DNA from: Thermoanaerobaculia bacterium
GTDB taxonomy: Bacteria > Acidobacteriota > Thermoanaerobaculia > Multivoradales > Multivoraceae
Assembly (NCBI GenBank): GCA_963664405.1
Contig: OY761158.1
Span: 3,808,001 to 3,872,000, forward strand
Direction: 5' to 3'
Length of the DNA: 64,000 nucleotides
The translations under genes were made by a program, and so were the position numbers. This document shows positions 29,743 to 40,158 of this stretch, in pieces. The notes under the pieces were generated by a model that searched no databases, was not told the DNA's origin, and saw nothing but the letters and a program-made list of their open reading frames with translations. Positions within the stretch are counted from its first letter, which is position 1; every line of letters begins with the position of its first letter.

Positions 29743-29816
29743 TGGGACGTCGTCTAACGGTAGGACATACGGCTCTGGACCGTAGAATCGGGGTTCAAAT
29801 CCCTGCGTCCCAGCCA
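29743..29816 (+). tRNA. tRNA-Gln(CTG)
   Basis: TGGGACG/CGTCCCA acceptor, tacgg-CTCTGGA-ccgta anticodon arm, GGTTCAAATCC, CCA. Confidence 0.95.
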
Positions 29817-30169
29817 ACCCCAGCTTTCAGGGCCCTGAGCTGGATCGTACGCTGAACCGGTGACGCCTTTTTCGCGCCAGTGCGCCTCGGTGAAGCTGAC
29901 GACCGTGGCCTGAAAATCGCGCAGGAGCCGATCACTTCTTCTTCGCGCTCGCGTCCTGGAATCTCGACTTGCGGTACGCCGTAGGCGAAGTGCCGGCCCA
30001 GCGACGGAATGCCGTTGTGAACGACGAGAGCTGGCGCGAGCACCGGGATCACCAGAATGCGGCTCAAACGGCGCTCGCGCAAGCAGAGTCCCTCGCCCAG
30101 CTTACAGTGTCGATTCTCGAGCCTGCCGCGTCTCGCCCCTTCGAGCCGGGCATGTGCTCTTATGATTAG

Positions 30170-33100
30170 TTGATGGGGTATCGCCGCACTCTGGCCTTCT
30201 CCGCAATAGCCGCGGTAGCCATGCTCCTCGTCATCTACGTTTCCCGCGATCTGCCACGGCGCTGGCTCGAGACTTATGCCTCGCGCCTTCTCAATGCCGA
30301 GGTCCACATCACCAGGCTCGAGGTCCACCGCCTCGGCGACATTCGCCTCCACGGCATGCGCGTCAGGTCGCTGGTCGAGTGGCCGCAGATCGAAGCCATC
30401 GAGATTGGAGTGGCAACGGTGCACTTCGAGCCGCGTCGCCTCTTTGAGGGCGATGTCCAGAGTCTGATTCTCGATCGACTCCGAGTCGATCTGACATCAC
30501 CGTGCGACTCTCCGACATTCCCTCGGCGGCAACCCTTCGAGGGCCACATCGGCGAGCTCGTGGTGCGAGGAGGTGTAGTGCACCTGTCGTCTTCCGAGCT
30601 GGCCTCCGAGGTCGAGTTTGAAGCTCGGCTCACCGATGTCAGCGCGCAAAGTGCTCGGGGAGAGATCACTCTGGCAGCAGGGCTGCTCGGTCAGAGCGAT
30701 TTGACGAGGCTTCTGTCGGCATCGGCTGTCTGCGTTGACGACACCGCCGCGGGGCAGCTCGACGCGCTGACGCTACGAGATGCCAGGTCACGAGTCCTCT
30801 TCGACTTGGCAGCCGGTGTTGCCGAAGCCGAAGTCGAAGCGGTTGCCCTGACGGCCGAGATGTTTGACGTCGAGATCGAACTTGCGGCGCCACGATTGCG
30901 GCTGCGTACCAAGTCGGGCGGTGAGACCGCCTTCGATGACTACTTCGGCGGGACGGGCGATCTCACCATCGATCGGCTGCGAGTGAGTCGAGGTGGCCGC
31001 GAAGTGATCGGCTCGGCGACTCGTCTCGAGCTCGAGCTCGAGACGGGGGCAGAAGGTGGCCCTACTCTGCAAGCTCGCTCCGCCCTTTCACCGCTAGGGA
31101 CTGTCGAAGTCTCGGCGAGTTGGCCGCCGAGCTCCTCGCTTCCCGAGTTTCTTTCTGTCGACATCGGGGAGCTCGATGTCGGACTCTGGGGCGCACTCCT
31201 TCCTGTCGATCTGGGGTTGAGCGACCTTCAAGGACGGGCGGAGCTTCATCTGGAAGGGCCCATCGACGAGCTCGACTACGCCTTGGAGGTTCATCTTGAC
31301 GATGCCGCATGGCAGCGGGCTGATGTGCGTGTCGATATAGCGGCCGGGCACATCCTTCACAACGGCCGCTTCTCCAACACATCGCTGAGTGGGCCGCTCG
31401 AGGTCGAGCTTGTGGTCGAAGAGCTCTCCGGCAGCGGCGAGGTCGTGATTCCGGCGGCCTTGCTACCTCTGTCCGCGACGCTGGCCGGAGAGGCTGCCCT
31501 CGGCGCGGAGTCGACTATTACGGGCTTGGTGACACTGCCCTCCTCTCGATTGGGCTCGGGCTCGGTGGCCGGGCGCGTTTCCTTCGCCGGCGAAGAAGTC
31601 CAGGGGGACTTGCGCTGGGATTGGCGCATCGTTGATACCGGACCCCTTCTGACGGAGCTTCCTTTCTCGATCCCGGGCTGGCTCGACGGCTCCATAGCTG
31701 CCAGTGGACACCTTCGAGGCCCTCTCTTTGACCCTCGCCTCACGGCCGTGATCGAGCTGTCGGAGGGTGGGTGGACCGACGACGCTCTCACCCCCTGGCG
31801 ATGGCGGGGGGCTCCGCACTTCGTTGTGGTGCGCGACCAGGGCTCCTCGCAGGTCTCTCTTCGCCTCGAGGAGAGCACTGGCGTGGTTCGCCTGGTTCCA
31901 GGCGGTCGTGAGCTCGCCTATGAGCTGGCGGGGCGAGGTCGCTTAGGGCTTGACAGCCGAGCCTTCGAGGTCGACGAGGTCGAGGTCCATCTCGCCGAGC
32001 TCATGGACGCTCGCATCTCCGGGCGCTGGGAAGATGGGGAGGTGACCGGGGAGGCGCGCATCCAGGCCCGCGATCCTGAGCGCTGGAGCACGGAGCTGGG
32101 ATTTGGCGTCCTGCTGCCGGACTACGAAACCACCGGCAGTCTCGAGGCAGCGCTGACTGGAGAGAGGTCTGCTGCCGGCGAGATCGCCGCCGAGGGGGCC
32201 GTGTCGGTGAGTGGGGGGCTCGCTTCGGACGATGGCTCGAAGGTTCTCGCTGGGCTCAGCGGAGAGTACCGGGTGACCGCCACCTTCGACGGTGGCGATC
32301 TCGAAGCGCGTGCCGTCGGCGAGCTCGGTGGCTTCGAGGCTCTCGTCGGTGAGCTCTACGCCGACTATCAGGAACGCTCGGTGTCGATGGACTTGAAGCT
32401 CGGGTCGAGAGTCGTGGGCGGAGACCGGCTGTGGACGGCGGCCGGGGAGGCTTGGGTGCCGGAGGGTGCGGTCCGTGCTGAGGGCTCCGTGACTCGCTCA
32501 GTGGACGGGGGTATCGACTACAGCTTGGCCGCGTCTGTCGAGGATCTCGGCGCTGCTCTCGGCTATCTGGTCCAGACCCCGTTCCAGGGCTCGGTCCCGC
32601 AGATCGCCGACCTTCGAGCGAGTGGAAGTCTCGAGCTCACGGCGGCTGGACGCTTCGACGACGAGAGCGATCATGAGATCGAGGGTCGTCTGCGGGTGAC
32701 AGAGGGCGCCGTCGAAGCACCGGGCGGAAGCTACGGGGCCGACAGGCTGGACCTCGACTTGCCCTTTCATTTGCGTTGGAAAGAGGGCGACCTCGTCGCC
32801 TCGCCTGCCGAGGAGGCGCTCTTCGGCCGACTCGGTTTCGGGCGGATCCGCTTCGCCGGCCTCGAGATATCTCCGACGGCGGCGAACCTTCGCGTTCTTG
32901 ATGACTCTGTCGATTTCGATCGCCACGTTTCTTTTCCCTTTCTGTCGGGAAATGTGACCCTGGAGAGCTTGTCCCTGGAAGGACTGCTTCGGCCTCAGCG
33001 AGGCCTTTCGAGCGCCGTTCGCCTGCGCGGCCTCCAGTTGGGCGATCTGTCGAAGGCGATGGGATGGTTGCCTCTCGAAGGTCAGGTGGAAGGGTACTTC

Positions 33101-33721
33101 CCGTCGGTCCATCTGACCCCCGAGAGCCTCGTTGTGCTCGGCGAGAGTCGAGTCGCTCTTTTCGATGGCACTGTCGTGGTCGAGAACATCTCGGGTAGCG
33201 ATTTGCTCTCGCGTTTTCCGAAATTGGGGTTCTCGGCTCGCTTCTTCGACATCGATCTCGGAGCCCTTACTCGCACCATCGAGTTCGGTGCGATCACCGG
33301 CAAGCTGCAGGGCTACGTCCGCGACGTAGAGCTATTCCGAGATGTTCCGGTGCGTTTCTCGGCCCGCTTCGAGACCGTGCCTCGGCGGGGCGAGCGACAG
33401 ACAGTCAGCGTGAAAGCGATCAGCAATCTCGCTCTCGTGAGTGGCGGGCGCCGTGTGAGCCTTTTCGATCGAGGTCTCTACAGCTTCTTCCGACGTTACC
33501 GATACCGCAGTCTCGGCGTTCAGGTCTTGCTGAACCAAGACCGCTTTCTGCTACGCGGCCTGGAGCAGCGCGCCGGGAAGGAGCTCATCTTGCGCGGCCG
33601 CTCTCCGCGCCGCCTTGACATCGTCAATGTGCGGCCGGGACGCACGGTGTACTTCCAGACAATGCTCGAGCGTCTGGGCAACCTCGATGTTCGCACCGGC
33701 GGCGAGGACGAGCGACCCTGA
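30170..33721 (+). CDS. YdbH/AsmA-like large beta-rich envelope protein
   Basis: N-terminal TM helix, 1183 aa beta-rich; C-terminal ..FGAITG..GY..VSVKAISNL..Y..LG; adjacent to a YdbL-like gene. Confidence 0.6.
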   Translation: MMGYRRTLAFSAIAAVAMLLVIYVSRDLPRRWLETYASRLLNAEVHITRLEVHRLGDIRLHGMRVRSLVEWPQIEAIEIGVATVHFEPRRLFEGDVQSLILDRLRVDLTSPCDSPTFPRRQPFEGHIGELVVRGGVVHLSSSELASEVEFEARLTDVSAQSARGEITLAAGLLGQSDLTRLLSASAVCVDDTAAGQLDALTLRDARSRVLFDLAAGVAEAEVEAVALTAEMFDVEIELAAPRLRLRTKSGGETAFDDYFGGTGDLTIDRLRVSRGGREVIGSATRLELELETGAEGGPTLQARSALSPLGTVEVSASWPPSSSLPEFLSVDIGELDVGLWGALLPVDLGLSDLQGRAELHLEGPIDELDYALEVHLDDAAWQRADVRVDIAAGHILHNGRFSNTSLSGPLEVELVVEELSGSGEVVIPAALLPLSATLAGEAALGAESTITGLVTLPSSRLGSGSVAGRVSFAGEEVQGDLRWDWRIVDTGPLLTELPFSIPGWLDGSIAASGHLRGPLFDPRLTAVIELSEGGWTDDALTPWRWRGAPHFVVVRDQGSSQVSLRLEESTGVVRLVPGGRELAYELAGRGRLGLDSRAFEVDEVEVHLAELMDARISGRWEDGEVTGEARIQARDPERWSTELGFGVLLPDYETTGSLEAALTGERSAAGEIAAEGAVSVSGGLASDDGSKVLAGLSGEYRVTATFDGGDLEARAVGELGGFEALVGELYADYQERSVSMDLKLGSRVVGGDRLWTAAGEAWVPEGAVRAEGSVTRSVDGGIDYSLAASVEDLGAALGYLVQTPFQGSVPQIADLRASGSLELTAAGRFDDESDHEIEGRLRVTEGAVEAPGGSYGADRLDLDLPFHLRWKEGDLVASPAEEALFGRLGFGRIRFAGLEISPTAANLRVLDDSVDFDRHVSFPFLSGNVTLESLSLEGLLRPQRGLSSAVRLRGLQLGDLSKAMGWLPLEGQVEGYFPSVHLTPESLVVLGESRVALFDGTVVVENISGSDLLSRFPKLGFSARFFDIDLGALTRTIEFGAITGKLQGYVRDVELFRDVPVRFSARFETVPRRGERQTVSVKAISNLALVSGGRRVSLFDRGLYSFFRRYRYRSLGVQVLLNQDRFLLRGLEQRAGKELILRGRSPRRLDIVNVRPGRTVYFQTMLERLGNLDVRTGGEDERP

Positions 33722-33723
33722 GG

Positions 33724-33890
33724 CTAGACCAGCGTTTCCAAAGTTCGCGCACATATCTCGGGCCCTTCTGCCCGCTGGCGTCGTTTCGCCTCCTCGACAT
33801 ATTGCCCAATATGCCTGCGTCGGCGCGCCTAGCCAGCGAACAGAATGACCTCGAGCTATTGCAGCACGAGCTTTGGAAACGCTGGTCTTG
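33724..33890. repeat. ~165-bp MITE-like palindromic element, copy 2 (inverted relative to copy 1)
   Basis: Reverse complement of 29502-29667 with several substitutions; same terminal IRs. Confidence 0.9.
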
Positions 33891-33908
33891 TGGGCGTATA
33901 CTGAGCTC

Positions 33909-34535
33909 GTGAAGCGCTTGTTCCCCTACGCCCCAGCGCCCCTACTCCTGCTCGCCGCCGCGTGCGTGACGGTCAATGTCTACTTTCCCGAGGGTGAGAT
34001 CCGAGACCTGTCACGACAGATCGAAGAAGAGATCCGGCAGCAGGCAGCCGAGGAGGCCGCTGCCGAGCCCGAGGAGGGACAGTTTCCCCAGTCCTCCTCG
34101 CTCAGGTTGGGAGCGAGGCTCCGGCGGGCAGCCTTCGCCGTGGTTTCCGGGATCCCAGTGCAGGCCCAGGAAAAGGTGCCGGATCCGGGGGTCTCCAATC
34201 CGGCGATTCGCAAGATCATCGATTCCCGGGCCCAGCGCCTGGGGGCGATCAACGGCTTCAAAGCTGGCGGTGCGGTGGGGGAGAACAATAAGGCGTTGCT
34301 GGAGCTGAGAGCGCTCGACGCGGTGTCGGACCTTCGCCAGCGCGCCGAGCTACAACGCCTGGTAAAGGAGGAGAACGCCGACCGCGAGAATTTGTTCAGG
34401 GAGATCGCCGTCGCCACCGCCGTTGACCCCTCCGAGATCCCGCGAATTCGTCAGACCTACGCGGCGACTCTTCGCGAGGAGGCGAACAGGGGTGACTGGA
34501 TCCAGATGCCCGACGCCAGCTGGCGCCAGAAGTAA
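33909..34535 (+). CDS. YdbL/DUF1318-family lipoprotein
   Basis: Lipobox LAAAC-VTVNVYFP, GAVGENN, LVKEENADR, GDWIQ..D..W. Confidence 0.75.
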   Translation: MKRLFPYAPAPLLLLAAACVTVNVYFPEGEIRDLSRQIEEEIRQQAAEEAAAEPEEGQFPQSSSLRLGARLRRAAFAVVSGIPVQAQEKVPDPGVSNPAIRKIIDSRAQRLGAINGFKAGGAVGENNKALLELRALDAVSDLRQRAELQRLVKEENADRENLFREIAVATAVDPSEIPRIRQTYAATLREEANRGDWIQMPDASWRQK

Positions 34536-34609
34536 CTCGCTGCCCGCCGGTGAGTCGGTTCGCAGCCGGCGAGATCGCTCACCGCCGCCGGCGATGTTAG
34601 CCGCCGTAG

Positions 34610-35725
34610 TTACTGCAGACGCAGTCGAACCTCTTTTTCTTGGCCGTTGCGAAGGTATTTCACCGTCACCAGATCGCCGATTTCTCTCTTCTCGAGGATC
34701 AGGGTCAGATCTCCACGTGAGAGGACGGATTGACCGTCGATGGCGGTGATGACGTCTCCGAGCCGCCAGCGGCCCTGGCGGTCCCGGCGGATCGGGCGGA
34801 GACCCGCCTCGGCTGCCCCGCCGTCGGGGTCGATTCTGTCGAATATGAGGCCTTTGATACCGTTTCGCCTCGCCAGGGCATCACTAACGGGGTAGATGCC
34901 CAGCTTCGGTCGCATGATGCGGCCGTACTCGATGAGGTCAGGCACCACCCAGTTCACGGTATCGGCTGGGATGGCGAAGCCGATTCCGGCCGAGGCACCG
35001 CTCGGGCTGTAGATCTGCGTATTGACGCCGATGAGACGTCCTTCGCTGTCGAGGAGTGGCCCGCCGGAGTTGCCGGGGTTGATGGCGGCATCGGTCTGGA
35101 TCACGTCTTCGATGCGGGTACGATCGCGATCGCGCGACTCGATCTCACGCCCCAAGGCGCTGACGACTCCGGTGGTTAGAGAGTGGTCGAGCCCGAAAGG
35201 GTTACCGATGGCGAACGCTTTCTGGCCCACCAGCAGATCGGAAGAGCTGCCGCGAGGCAACGGCTTCAGCTTTTCCTCCGGCGCGTCGATACGCAGCACC
35301 GCGAGATCTTTCTCGGCGGCAAAGCCGATGGGCTGGGCGGTCCAGGTCGTTTGGTCGGCTAGAGTTACTTGTGCCGCCTCCGCGCCCTCGATCACATGGT
35401 AGTTGGTGACGATATGGCCCTGCTCGTCCCAGATGAATCCCGAGCCGGAGCCACTGGGGACGGCGTACTCGTTCACTGTCCAGGGCTGGCGTCTGACGTC
35501 GATGGTGGTGATGAAGACCACCGAAGGGGCTGAGCGGCGGAACAACTCGACCGTGGTGAGCTCGTCGGCGTGGAGAGGACCGCGAGGCGCGATCGGAGCG
35601 AGCTCCGGCTGCGCCGCGAGCGCGATCGGAACGCTTCCCGGAGCCAGCCGTCCTTGCCATAGCAGGCCGAAGTAAAAGGCGCCGCCTATGGCTACGATGA
35701 AGAGTGAGGTTTGGGCAAGTCGCAC
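34610..35725 (-). CDS. HtrA/DegP-like S1C serine protease with PDZ domain
   Basis: GSGSGFIWD, VTNYHV, DLAVL, IQTDAAINPGNSGGPL, GDVITAIDG. Start estimated. Confidence 0.92.
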   Translation of the reverse strand: MRLAQTSLFIVAIGGAFYFGLLWQGRLAPGSVPIALAAQPELAPIAPRGPLHADELTTVELFRRSAPSVVFITTIDVRRQPWTVNEYAVPSGSGSGFIWDEQGHIVTNYHVIEGAEAAQVTLADQTTWTAQPIGFAAEKDLAVLRIDAPEEKLKPLPRGSSSDLLVGQKAFAIGNPFGLDHSLTTGVVSALGREIESRDRDRTRIEDVIQTDAAINPGNSGGPLLDSEGRLIGVNTQIYSPSGASAGIGFAIPADTVNWVVPDLIEYGRIMRPKLGIYPVSDALARRNGIKGLIFDRIDPDGGAAEAGLRPIRRDRQGRWRLGDVITAIDGQSVLSRGDLTLILEKREIGDLVTVKYLRNGQEKEVRLRLQ

Positions 35726-35749
35726 GTCCCAGCGATTATAGTGGCGTTC

Positions 35750-37468
35750 GTGCCGAGTTATGTGCTGCCTGATGCCAAGGCTCATTTGTCGGTTGAGGCG
35801 CTCGGGGCTTTCGAGGAGGCGATCGCCCGTTGGGATGGCCGCCGTGGCAACGAGCTCTTGTGGCAGCGCCAAGCCTCGCTGTGGACCGGCGGTAGTGAGA
35901 GTCTCCGGCTCGGTTGGCTCGAGCCTGACCGGCTTACGTCGCTCGACGAGCTCGAATCTTTCGCCACGGAGATCCGAGAGGAGCAGATCCGCTGGGTCGT
36001 GCTGTTGGGTATGGGAGGGTCCAGCCTTGGCGCCGATCTACTGGCGGAGGCGTGTAGCCCTTCCCGAGGCCCGACCCTGCTGGTTCTCGACTCTACCGAT
36101 CCGGACGAGATTCGCAGCGTCGAGGCCCGCATTGAGCTCGAGCGCACGCTCTTCGTAGTCGCAAGCAAGTCGGGAACGACCGAGGAGACCGTTTCCCTCG
36201 AGTCCTACTTCTTCGACCTTCTCGGCAAACGCATGCCGTCGTCCGATGCCGCCTCGCATTTCGTGGCCATCACCGATCCGTCGACGCCCTTATTGACACG
36301 AGCGAAAGAGAGGGGCTACCGAGGGATCTTCGTCGGGGCTGAGGATGTCGGTGGCCGCTACTCGGTGCTCTCTGTGTTCGGACTCGTTCCAGCGGCGGCA
36401 CTGGGTTGTGACTGCCGATCGCTGCTCGCTTCGGCACGAGCGGTACAGAGCGAGATCGGCGCTGATCGGTCGGCCGCGGAGAGCCCTGGCATCGGGTTGG
36501 GATTGCTCCTGGGCACACTCGCGGCTCGGGGGCACGACAAGCTGACTCTAGGGCTGCCCGACTCCCTCGAGGCGCTGGGCTGGTGGTTGGAGCAGCTGAT
36601 CGCGGAATCGACCGGTAAAGACGAAAAGGGCATCCTGCCGGTAGTAGGAGAGCCTCGGCGCGAGGTCTCGAGCTACGCCACGGATCGCGTGCTCGTCGAC
36701 TGGCGGGGCGAAGATCCATCCGCGGAAGTCGTTTCCGGTGCGACTCGAATCTCTCTTGCCGCCCCGGGGGTGGAGAACCTCGGCGCTGAGCTCTACCGCT
36801 GGCAGCTGGCTACGGCGGTGGCCGGGTCGGTTCTCGCTCTCAACCCCTTTGATCAGCCCGACGTGGATGCGAGTAAAGTGGCGACTCAGCAGCTTGTCGG
36901 CGATCGTAAGACTGTTGCCCCCGAACCTCGAGTCGTCGAAGTGTTGGCGGATGAGAACGGGCGTTGGTTCGGGGGCTCGGCCTTGGCGGGGGCGCGTGAC
37001 CGCTCTGAGGTCGTCCGCTCGTGGCTGCATCGTCTTGCACCTGGCGGCTTCTTCGCCACGCTGGCTTATCTACCCCGAGAGCCGGCCTTCGAGGATCTTC
37101 TGGTGCGGCTGCGCACCGCGGTGCACGAAGGGACCGGGGTGGTTACCACTCTCGGCTTCGGCCCTCGATATCTCCACTCGACCGGGCAGTTCCACAAGGG
37201 CGGTCCGAACTACGGCACTTTCCTGATCCTCACGCGGGAGGAGAGGGAGACGTTACCTATCCCGGGCCGAGCTCTCTCTTTCGGCCAGCTCGAAGACGCC
37301 CAGGCTCGAGGTGACGTTCAGGTCCTCCACCAGCGTGGTCGCAACGTTCTTCAGGTCCATCTTCTCGGGCGGGTAGAGGAGGCACTGGAGAGTCTGGTAC
37401 ATACCGTGGAGCTTGCGCTTCGAGAGATGGAACCGAGCTTTCCACTGGGCCGTGAACTGCCCTCCTGA
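35750..37468 (+). CDS. pgi: Glucose-6-phosphate isomerase-like protein (Pgi half of Tal/Pgi type)
   Basis: LGMGGSSL, DSTDP, ASKSGTT, GGRYSVLS, EQLIAESTGK, NPFDQPDV, YLHSTGQFHKGGP. Start uncertain. Confidence 0.8.
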   Translation: MPSYVLPDAKAHLSVEALGAFEEAIARWDGRRGNELLWQRQASLWTGGSESLRLGWLEPDRLTSLDELESFATEIREEQIRWVVLLGMGGSSLGADLLAEACSPSRGPTLLVLDSTDPDEIRSVEARIELERTLFVVASKSGTTEETVSLESYFFDLLGKRMPSSDAASHFVAITDPSTPLLTRAKERGYRGIFVGAEDVGGRYSVLSVFGLVPAAALGCDCRSLLASARAVQSEIGADRSAAESPGIGLGLLLGTLAARGHDKLTLGLPDSLEALGWWLEQLIAESTGKDEKGILPVVGEPRREVSSYATDRVLVDWRGEDPSAEVVSGATRISLAAPGVENLGAELYRWQLATAVAGSVLALNPFDQPDVDASKVATQQLVGDRKTVAPEPRVVEVLADENGRWFGGSALAGARDRSEVVRSWLHRLAPGGFFATLAYLPREPAFEDLLVRLRTAVHEGTGVVTTLGFGPRYLHSTGQFHKGGPNYGTFLILTREERETLPIPGRALSFGQLEDAQARGDVQVLHQRGRNVLQVHLLGRVEEALESLVHTVELALREMEPSFPLGRELPS

Positions 37469-37506
37469 GGTGAGCTGTCCGTTCGCGGACAGCCTCCAGC
37501 CCGCTG

Positions 37507-40005
37507 CTACGGATAGTAGCCGCGCATAGCCTTCGGCTCGAGGCCTGGGCCCTCCACTAGCACTTCGACTTCTCGGAAAGCGCGCGAGCCGTCGGTATTG
37601 GAGGACTGGTAGCCGATGAGGTAGCGCGAACGGATCTCCTCCTGGATGGTGGCGTAGATCGCGCTGAGCTCGGTGGCGTCGGAGATGAAGAAGCTACGCC
37701 CGCCGGTCTCTTCGGCAATCTGCGTCAGGCCCTTCTTAGCGGGTCCAGATCCCTTTCCTTCGATGTCGAGGCCGATTGCGTAGATCGAGACTCCGGTACG
37801 CCTAGCGTACTCGCGGGCGTCTTCGAACTCGAAGCGGCTGCTCTCGTCTTTGCCGTCGGAGAGCAGCAGCAGGACCCGCTGACCTTTGACACCGTTGAAG
37901 TAATAGAGAGCGAAGATGAGACTGTCGTAGAGCGCCGTTCCGCGCTCCGCCTTGATCGCAGCCAGCCCGGCGGCGAGGTCGCCGACATCGTTGGAGAACT
38001 TCATCGCCAGCTGCGGGTGGTCGTTGAAGGTAAAGAGAGCGGCCCGATCTTTGGGGGTGATCGTTTCCTGGAAAAAGCGGAGGGCGGCCTGCTTGGTGGC
38101 TTCGATGTGCGGTGTCATCGAAGCTGAGACATCGAGCATGATGCCGGCGTGAATCGGCAGGTTCTTGACCAGGTCGAAGCGGACGATCTGCTGTTGGACG
38201 CCGTCCTCGAAAGCGGTGAAGTCCTCTTCCTTCAGCACCAGGACCGGGCGCTTCTGTTTGTCGAGGACGGTGGTGTAGAGCTCGACGAACTCCACCTCGA
38301 CCTCTTCCAGATAGTCGGGGGCGTTGATGAAAACCAGATCCTCGGTCGAGTTGCCGTCTGGGCGATAGGCCACGGCTCGCACGTAGCCGAGACTGCCTGC
38401 TTCCGGCAGTCGGATCGCTTGAGTGAAGGGCGGTTGATAGAGGGTCGCGGCAAGGTCTTCGTTGAGATAGAACTCGACCCGCTCGACAACCGAATCTTCG
38501 GGTACTGAGACGTCGGCCGTGGCGGTGACTTCGTTGGTGTAGGTCACGCCCGGCAGAGGCTCGATCAGGCGTACTCCGAAACGATGGACACCCCCATTGA
38601 TGAGCAACTCATCGGTAGCGACCTGCTCACCCTCCGCGTTGAAAGCGACTGCACGCAGCTCGTGGGTGCTCGGTACCTCTCCGAGGTCGAACTCTACGCT
38701 CCAAGGTGGGCGCCTCTTGCGTAGTGCGGTGTGGTCGTTGAGAGAGAACACGACCTCGACGATGTCGTCACCAGTAGTGAGGGTGTCGAAGCGCACCATC
38801 CCCGATTGCATGTCTCCACGCGGCGGAATCAGCTCCAAGGTCGTCGCGTCGAAGGTCAGAGCGGCGGTTGCCGCGGCGAAGATCTCGGCGCTCTCGGCAT
38901 CGGGAGGGGGTCTGGGAGCCGACCCGTCGAGGACGGGAACCTCGATGTCTCGCTCGCTCCTGAAGAAGCTCCCGTTGGACATGTCCTCGAGCTTGAGAAC
39001 GAGTCGGTAGGACCCGGGTCGCAGCCGGCGTTGGAAGCTCATGGGGATGGTGTTGGTGCCGACGCTTTCGGCGGGGAAGTCGAATTTGTAGCGAAAGTTC
39101 TCGAACAGAGTTGTTTCTCTGAGAATCTCGCCCGAGAGAACGAAGTTGTACGAGGCTTTTCCGGCCAGTTCGGTCTTTCCCACCTTCGTCGGGTCGACCT
39201 TGACGGTGCCGTTCATCACGGTGCGGCTCTGATAGCGTTCCGGAAAGTCCAAGGCAAGCTCCGCCGGGAATACTGCCGCGCCTTCCGGAAGGTCGGTGGA
39301 ATAGGACTCGAAGGTTGCGACCCACTCCGGCGATGGCGAGACCGCCGGTTGACTCAGCCTCGCCTCCAACAGGTCCCACTCGAAAGGATTGGCGAGGAGC
39401 GCTCGCAGCACTCGGGCGACGATGTCTCCGTCTCTGCAGGCTTCGAGGTCGAACCAGAAGTTCTGGTCGACGCCGTTACTCAAGTTGTCTAAGAGCTCTC
39501 CGATGCCGTCACGGGGGCGAAAGATATAGAAGCGTCTTCCACCGTACTTCTTCACAAAAACGAGGAAGAACTCGTGGGGGATCTTCTCACTGCCGTCGTA
39601 GAACCAGACTTCCAGTGGCCAGGTATGGGCAGTGCAGACGAATTCAATACGCCCATCCGGAGCGCCGTTCATGAGCAGCATCTGCGAACGATCTTCGTTG
39701 AGGTCTCCGAACAGCTCCTGGGCGTCGGCAATGAGGTTCAGATAGCGGTCCCTGAACTCGTTGCGCGTGCTGTCGGGATAGGGGTCGCGGATGCGCCACC
39801 ACTTCTCGATGAAGGCGTCACGCTGGTAGTCCTTCTCGAGCTCCAGGAAGGCCGCTAGCTCTTCCTTGCTGATCAGAAGCTCGACGGTCTCCAGCCAAAC
39901 CTGGTAGCCGGCCGGCAGTTCTCCGATCCGCTTGTCCTTCTTGGCGGCCGCAAGTGCCGCAATCAGGACCAGAAGGATGGGTACGAGAAATCGAAGACGG
40001 CGCAT
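37507..40005 (-). CDS. GWxTD-domain / Ig-like / VWA protein, secreted
   Basis: RDAFIEKWWRIRDPYP..NEFR..EDR, MIDAS DVSASM, TALYD, LLSDGKD, TGGR. Confidence 0.85.
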   Translation of the reverse strand: MRRLRFLVPILLVLIAALAAAKKDKRIGELPAGYQVWLETVELLISKEELAAFLELEKDYQRDAFIEKWWRIRDPYPDSTRNEFRDRYLNLIADAQELFGDLNEDRSQMLLMNGAPDGRIEFVCTAHTWPLEVWFYDGSEKIPHEFFLVFVKKYGGRRFYIFRPRDGIGELLDNLSNGVDQNFWFDLEACRDGDIVARVLRALLANPFEWDLLEARLSQPAVSPSPEWVATFESYSTDLPEGAAVFPAELALDFPERYQSRTVMNGTVKVDPTKVGKTELAGKASYNFVLSGEILRETTLFENFRYKFDFPAESVGTNTIPMSFQRRLRPGSYRLVLKLEDMSNGSFFRSERDIEVPVLDGSAPRPPPDAESAEIFAAATAALTFDATTLELIPPRGDMQSGMVRFDTLTTGDDIVEVVFSLNDHTALRKRRPPWSVEFDLGEVPSTHELRAVAFNAEGEQVATDELLINGGVHRFGVRLIEPLPGVTYTNEVTATADVSVPEDSVVERVEFYLNEDLAATLYQPPFTQAIRLPEAGSLGYVRAVAYRPDGNSTEDLVFINAPDYLEEVEVEFVELYTTVLDKQKRPVLVLKEEDFTAFEDGVQQQIVRFDLVKNLPIHAGIMLDVSASMTPHIEATKQAALRFFQETITPKDRAALFTFNDHPQLAMKFSNDVGDLAAGLAAIKAERGTALYDSLIFALYYFNGVKGQRVLLLLSDGKDESSRFEFEDAREYARRTGVSIYAIGLDIEGKGSGPAKKGLTQIAEETGGRSFFISDATELSAIYATIQEEIRSRYLIGYQSSNTDGSRAFREVEVLVEGPGLEPKAMRGYYP

Positions 40006-40158
40006 GAGGTGAAGTCACCGGCCGATGCCGGTAGAGCGATTCTCTCAACTCTACTACGTTGGCGGTGTCGAGCATGGATGGCGTCGCCCCTGTGTCGACG
40101 GCCGGGCCGCTCCAGGATTGGTCACCATTCTCGGATCGGAGGTACAATTTGGGGCTCG

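Noticed and set aside
29820-30169. Possible ncRNA or small ORF after tRNA-Gln
   Set aside because: Only a hairpin (ccagct...agctgg) and an ORF without RBS or motifs.
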